This document shows, one piece after another, positions 16,103 through 19,549 of a stretch of 19,549 bases of DNA. Positions within the stretch are counted from its first letter, which is position 1. Each line of letters starts with the position of its first letter. Source of the DNA: Elusimicrobiota bacterium (GTDB lineage: Bacteria > Elusimicrobiota > Elusimicrobia > F11); contig JBJXGI010000024.1 in NCBI GenBank assembly GCA_046153645.1, positions 1 through 19,549 of the forward strand, in the 5' to 3' direction. The notes under the pieces were generated by a model. That model had not been told where the DNA came from, ran no database searches, and was given only the letters and a program-made list of their open reading frames with translations. The position numbers and the translations under genes are program-made.

Positions 16103-17066
16103 AGGTGACAACGCCAGTGCCCTTCGTAATTTGGCCAATCAATTTTGCTTGAGGCAACATTTTCATCGCTTTTTTGAGCGCAGAAGGGGCCACTGCCACA
16201 ATCATTCCTATTCCCATATTAAAGGTAAAAAACATTTCTTTATCAGAGAGTTTTGCTCTATGTTGAATTTCTTTGAATATCTCAGGAATATCCCAAGTTC
16301 CTTTGGCAATATGAGCATTCATGTTTTTAGGTAAAATTCTTGGAATATTGTCAGTAAACCCGCCTCCTGTCACATGAACAAGACCTCGAATCCCATCTGT
16401 TTTTCCTTTATTTAATTCTCTAATAACTGGAAGAACTGATTTCACATAAAGTTTTGTAGGAGCTAGCAATTGTTTCGCGCGTTTTTTCCATTCAGACTTT
16501 TTAAATACTTTTCTTACCAGTGAATACCCATTGGAGTGAAGACCTGAGGAGGGAAGACCCAATAAAATATCGCCCACTTGAACTGTCATTTTAGGGTTTA
16601 ATTTCTTTTTCTTATCAACCACACCCGCGGCAAAACCGGCCAAATCATATTCACCCGGTTTATAGAAACCTGGCATTTCAGCCGTTTCCCCGCCAAGAAG
16701 TTCACATTGAGATTCTTTACATGCTTTGACAATACCACGAACCACTGCCTCGGCTTCGTCCACATTTAATTTACCACAGGCAAAATAATCCAAAAAGAAA
16801 AGAGGTTCTGCACCTGAACAAATGAGATCGTTTACATTCATTCCCACCAAATCAAAACCAATCGTGTCATGAATTCCTAATTCTTGAGCAATGGCTAATT
16901 TTGTTCCCACACCGTCTGTACATCCAATAATAATAGGCTCTTTATAACCTTTGGGAATCGGCATTCCATCAGAAAACCCACCAATCATGGGTGCCATTTT
17001 TTTTATTCGATGAACCAATTCATTGCCCGCATTAATATCTACACCTGCTTTTTTGTAAGTAATCAT
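16095..17066 (-). CDS. purM: Phosphoribosylformylglycinamidine cyclo-ligase (AIR synthetase)
   Basis: TYKKAGVDI, TDGVGTK, GAEPLFFLDY, LGGETAEMPG, SSGLHSNGYSLVRK, HVTGGG, TFNMGIGM. Confidence 0.97.
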   Translation of the reverse strand: MITYKKAGVDINAGNELVHRIKKMAPMIGGFSDGMPIPKGYKEPIIIGCTDGVGTKLAIAQELGIHDTIGFDLVGMNVNDLICSGAEPLFFLDYFACGKLNVDEAEAVVRGIVKACKESQCELLGGETAEMPGFYKPGEYDLAGFAAGVVDKKKKLNPKMTVQVGDILLGLPSSGLHSNGYSLVRKVFKKSEWKKRAKQLLAPTKLYVKSVLPVIRELNKGKTDGIRGLVHVTGGGFTDNIPRILPKNMNAHIAKGTWDIPEIFKEIQHRAKLSDKEMFFTFNMGIGMIVAVAPSALKKAMKMLPQAKLIGQITKGTGVVTYA

Positions 17067-17647
17067 TTTTTCCTCGATCCTGGTTTAATGGCGAGAGTTC
17101 CTTGTTTACATAAATCACAATTGTCGCTCTGCCAACTTTGAACTTCTAAATTGAGTAGTGAAAATAAAGGTTTACCTAAAGCGGCCAACGTCTTATTCGG
17201 TGTTAATGAACGATTCACAATAGAACCTATTCCCATTAATTCCGCATTTGAGCTTTTGACAAGTGATACAACTTCATTTGTCGAAAGCCCTGTGGTGATA
17301 ACATCTTCAATAATCAAGACCTTTTCGCCATCAGAAAGGCTAAAACCTCTTCTTAAAATAGGTTTCCCTTCGTCATCTTTTTCAGAAAAAATGGCTCTGG
17401 TCTTTTTAGCTCTTCCCACTTCTTGACCAATGATAAGGCCGCCCATGGCAGGAGATAATACCGTATCAATATGAAATGGAAATCGCGCTGCTAATTCTTT
17501 TCCCAGTTGTTCAGCCACATCAGGATATTGGAGTAAAAGAGCCGATTGCATATAACGATTGCTATGCAACCCGGATGAAAGAATAAAATGTCCTTCCAAA
17601 AGCGCGTTTTTCGATTTAAAAAGTTGCAATAATTCTGTTTCAGTCAT
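17063..17647 (-). CDS. pyrE: Orotate phosphoribosyltransferase
   Basis: ALLEGHFILSSGLHS..Y.Q, the PRPP loop VLIIEDVITTG, and a C-terminal CDLC...KPGSR tail. Start revised to the ATG at 17647 (MTETELL), 10 nt after the pyrF stop. Confidence 0.95.
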   Translation of the reverse strand: MTETELLQLFKSKNALLEGHFILSSGLHSNRYMQSALLLQYPDVAEQLGKELAARFPFHIDTVLSPAMGGLIIGQEVGRAKKTRAIFSEKDDEGKPILRRGFSLSDGEKVLIIEDVITTGLSTNEVVSLVKSSNAELMGIGSIVNRSLTPNKTLAALGKPLFSLLNLEVQSWQSDNCDLCKQGTLAIKPGSRKK

Positions 17648-17657
17648 ATTTTTCTTT

Positions 17658-18341
17658 TTAGCGAATTCGAAGCCAATCCGCCATGATCTTTTTTGCAATA
17701 AGGTCAGGAGTTTTACTTTCTAAAATAGGGCGACCAACCACAATAAAAGTAGACCCAGCTTTTTTGGCTTCAAAGGGGGTGGCGACTCTTTTTTGATCTC
17801 CCCTCTCGTTCTCTGGTAATCGAATTCCGGGGGTAATGATTTCCACTTTTCCTTTTAATATTTTTCTCAAAGCGGCGGTTTCTTCCACAGAGGCAACAAC
17901 TCCATCTATTAATGCTTCTTTAGCAAGGTTGGCCAAAGACAAAACTTGATCAAAAGGTTTCTTAGAAATTCCAAGATGAATTAAATCTTCTTGTGACATA
18001 CTGGTTAACACTGTGACTCCCCATAACAAAGGACGCTTTTTCTCTTTTGCCAAGGTTGCCATGGCCGCTAACCCTGCCGAAGTATGAACAGTTGCGCTAT
18101 AAACACCTGCGGCAGATGCTTCTCGGATAGATCTCAACATCGTGTTGGGAATATCATGAAATTTTAAATCTAAGAAAACTTTTTTTCCGAATTTATTAAT
18201 TTCATTAATAATTTGAGGGCCGTATTTGAGAATTAACGTGGGGCCTACTTTAAAAATATCTACATATTCTTGAGTGGCGCGAATTAACGCGCTAACTTCT
18301 TTTTTTGTGTCTACATCAAGGGCAACAATTAAAGGTTTCAT
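17658..18341 (-). CDS. pyrF: Orotidine-5'-phosphate decarboxylase
   Basis: LIVALD, FKVG, VFLDLKFHDIPNT, VTVLTS, TPGIR, DQKRVATP, VVGRPI. Confidence 0.97.
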   Translation of the reverse strand: MKPLIVALDVDTKKEVSALIRATQEYVDIFKVGPTLILKYGPQIINEINKFGKKVFLDLKFHDIPNTMLRSIREASAAGVYSATVHTSAGLAAMATLAKEKKRPLLWGVTVLTSMSQEDLIHLGISKKPFDQVLSLANLAKEALIDGVVASVEETAALRKILKGKVEIITPGIRLPENERGDQKRVATPFEAKKAGSTFIVVGRPILESKTPDLIAKKIMADWLRIR

Positions 18342-19441
18342 TAAATTTCAACTCCTACCGCAGCGGATATATTTTTAAAGCCGTCTCTTTCCAATAACCG
18401 AAGTAAACCTTTATTGATTGTGGCCACCAAAGAAGGGCCTTCATAAACCCAACCTGAATAAATTTGCACCAAAGAAGAACCATATTTTATTTTTTGATAG
18501 GCGTCTTCAGCTGAAAATATTCCTCCCACACCAATAATGGGAATTTTTTTCTGCGCAAGTTTCGCTATTTTTTTTAGTGTCGCATTTGATTTCTCTTTCA
18601 AAGGCGCGCCACTAAGGCCCCCCTCTAATTCCATTCCACGGTTCCCTAAAGAAGATTTATCAATCGTCGTATTCGTGGCAATAATTCCGCAAGAAAACTC
18701 AATGGCCAAAGCAACAATAGCTTCAATTAAGGCGTCATCCCCATCTGGCGATATTTTTATAAATAAAGGCTTCATTTTTCCCCTCTCCTTGAAAAGGAGA
18801 GGGTCAGGGTGAGGATCCAGCTTTCTTATGCCCTCAATAATATTTCTCAATGGTTCAATTTGTTGCAATGCCCTTAAGTTTGGCGTATTAGGCGAACTCA
18901 CATTAATCACAACATAATCAGCCAATGGTGATAACTTTTCAAAGGCCGTACCATAATCCTGAAAAGCTTCATTTAAAGGAGTCATTTTCCCTTTACCAAT
19001 ATTAATTCCCAAAGGAATTTTTAATTTTTTTTTATCCTTTTTAATGTTATCAAGGGCGACATTCATACCTGGGTTGTTAAAACCCATTCGATTGACAAGG
19101 GCTGAATGTTGCGGAAAACGAAAAAGTCGAGGTTTCTCTTGCCCTTCTTGAGGAAGAGGTGTTATGGTTCCTACTTCAATAAATCCAAATCCAAAAGTGG
19201 GAAGAATAGAAAGAAGTTCGGCTTTTTTATCAAATCCTGCGCCAAGGCCAACAGGATTTGGAAATTCAATCCCCAAAACTTCGGTTTTTAATTTGGGGTC
19301 ACCAAAAGAAAAATTTCTTGAAAAAAAAGATTTTATTGGAGAAATAGCTTCCACTCTTTTTAAAGCGCTAACCGTGAGGTTATGCGCACCTTCCGGATCT
19401 AAATTAAAAATGAAAGGTTTTAAAAGATTTTTATAAATCAT
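18341..19441 (-). CDS. pyrD: Quinone-dependent dihydroorotate dehydrogenase (class 2)
   Basis: DPEGAH, NPVGLGAGFDK, NRMGFNN, catalytic-loop NVSSPNT, KISPD, TNTT, GGLSG, IIGVGGI. Confidence 0.97.
   Translation of the reverse strand: MIYKNLLKPFIFNLDPEGAHNLTVSALKRVEAISPIKSFFSRNFSFGDPKLKTEVLGIEFPNPVGLGAGFDKKAELLSILPTFGFGFIEVGTITPLPQEGQEKPRLFRFPQHSALVNRMGFNNPGMNVALDNIKKDKKKLKIPLGINIGKGKMTPLNEAFQDYGTAFEKLSPLADYVVINVSSPNTPNLRALQQIEPLRNIIEGIRKLDPHPDPLLFKERGKMKPLFIKISPDGDDALIEAIVALAIEFSCGIIATNTTIDKSSLGNRGMELEGGLSGAPLKEKSNATLKKIAKLAQKKIPIIGVGGIFSAEDAYQKIKYGSSLVQIYSGWVYEGPSLVATINKGLLRLLERDGFKNISAAVGVEI
18780..18814 (-). repeat. REP-like palindromic element inside the pyrD reading frame
   Basis: The - strand reads CCTCACCCTGACCCTCTCCTTTTCAAGGAGAGGGG, with a perfect 10-bp stem (18781-18790/18794-18803). 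It encodes PHPDPLLFKERG. Confidence 0.75.
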
Positions 19442-19448
19442 GAACTAA

Positions 19449-19477
19449 ATTCCAGCTTATTACGCGCCGGAATGATG
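19449..19477 (-). repeat. Half copy of the (G)TCATTCC palindromic element spanning the pyrC stop codon
   Basis: The - strand reads CATCATTCCGGC-GCGTAATAA-GCTGGAAT: an 8-bp stem (one G.U pair) with a 9-nt loop, the same geometry as the arms of 11289-11376. Confidence 0.55.
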
Positions 19478-19549
19478 AAGTTCGGAAGACTTTGAGGAAA
19501 CAGTTCTTTTTTCAAAAACTGTTTGTCCCCCTACCAAGGTTCTCTCCAC
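19460..19549 (-). CDS. pyrC: 3' end of a probable dihydroorotase (amidohydrolase C-terminal strand); truncated by the window edge
   Basis: Not in the ORF track. The - strand reads VERTLVGGQTVFEKELFSSKSSELHHSGA*. V..T.V.G..V is the typical C-terminus of dihydroorotase/amidohydrolases, and it lies directly upstream of pyrD-pyrF-pyrE. Confidence 0.7.
   Translation of the reverse strand: MERTLVGGQTVFEKRTVSSKSSELHHSGA

Noticed and set aside
16103..16138. ORF-track N-terminal extension of purN (similarly 17648-17698 for pyrE)
   Set aside because: The extensions overlap upstream genes; internal ATGs match the normal protein starts.
16960..16985. PurM GGFSDG in place of the usual GGF(G/A/S)GL, as possible inactivation
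   Set aside because: The frame is intact and all other motifs are conserved, so this is treated as ordinary divergence.
8781..19436. Plus-strand ORFs opposite miaB, tkt, purM, pyrE and pyrD, and minus ORF 10048-10257
   Set aside because: These are antisense or alternate-frame shadows of well-supported genes. 10091-10273 is preferred over 10048-10257 because of its RBS and ATGA couplings.

Overview
AT-rich bacterial window with two convergent blocks. The + strand (1-8808) looks like a tandem polymorphic-toxin locus. It starts with the C-terminal end of a truncated gene carrying a cysteine-free phospholipase A2-like motif set, followed by a lipoprotein. Next is a 2354-aa signal-peptide-bearing SpvB/FG-GAP/RHS protein with an Ig-like+LamG module inserted in its RHS core and a permuted papain-like (His...Cys) C-terminal domain, followed by a second, unrelated lipoprotein. 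The - strand (8805-19549) is a tightly packed housekeeping run: pyrC (3' end), pyrD, pyrF, pyrE, purM, purN, purB, an MBL hydrolase, tkt, an exported hypothetical protein, a nucleotidyltransferase + 60-aa partner, and miaB. Two families of short palindromic REP/RPE-like elements are scattered through the window. Three copies lie in coding sequence (inside pyrD, in the N-terminus of the exported protein, across the pyrC stop), and one appears to be an internally deleted copy. All assignments come from motif recognition by eye; no database searches were run.
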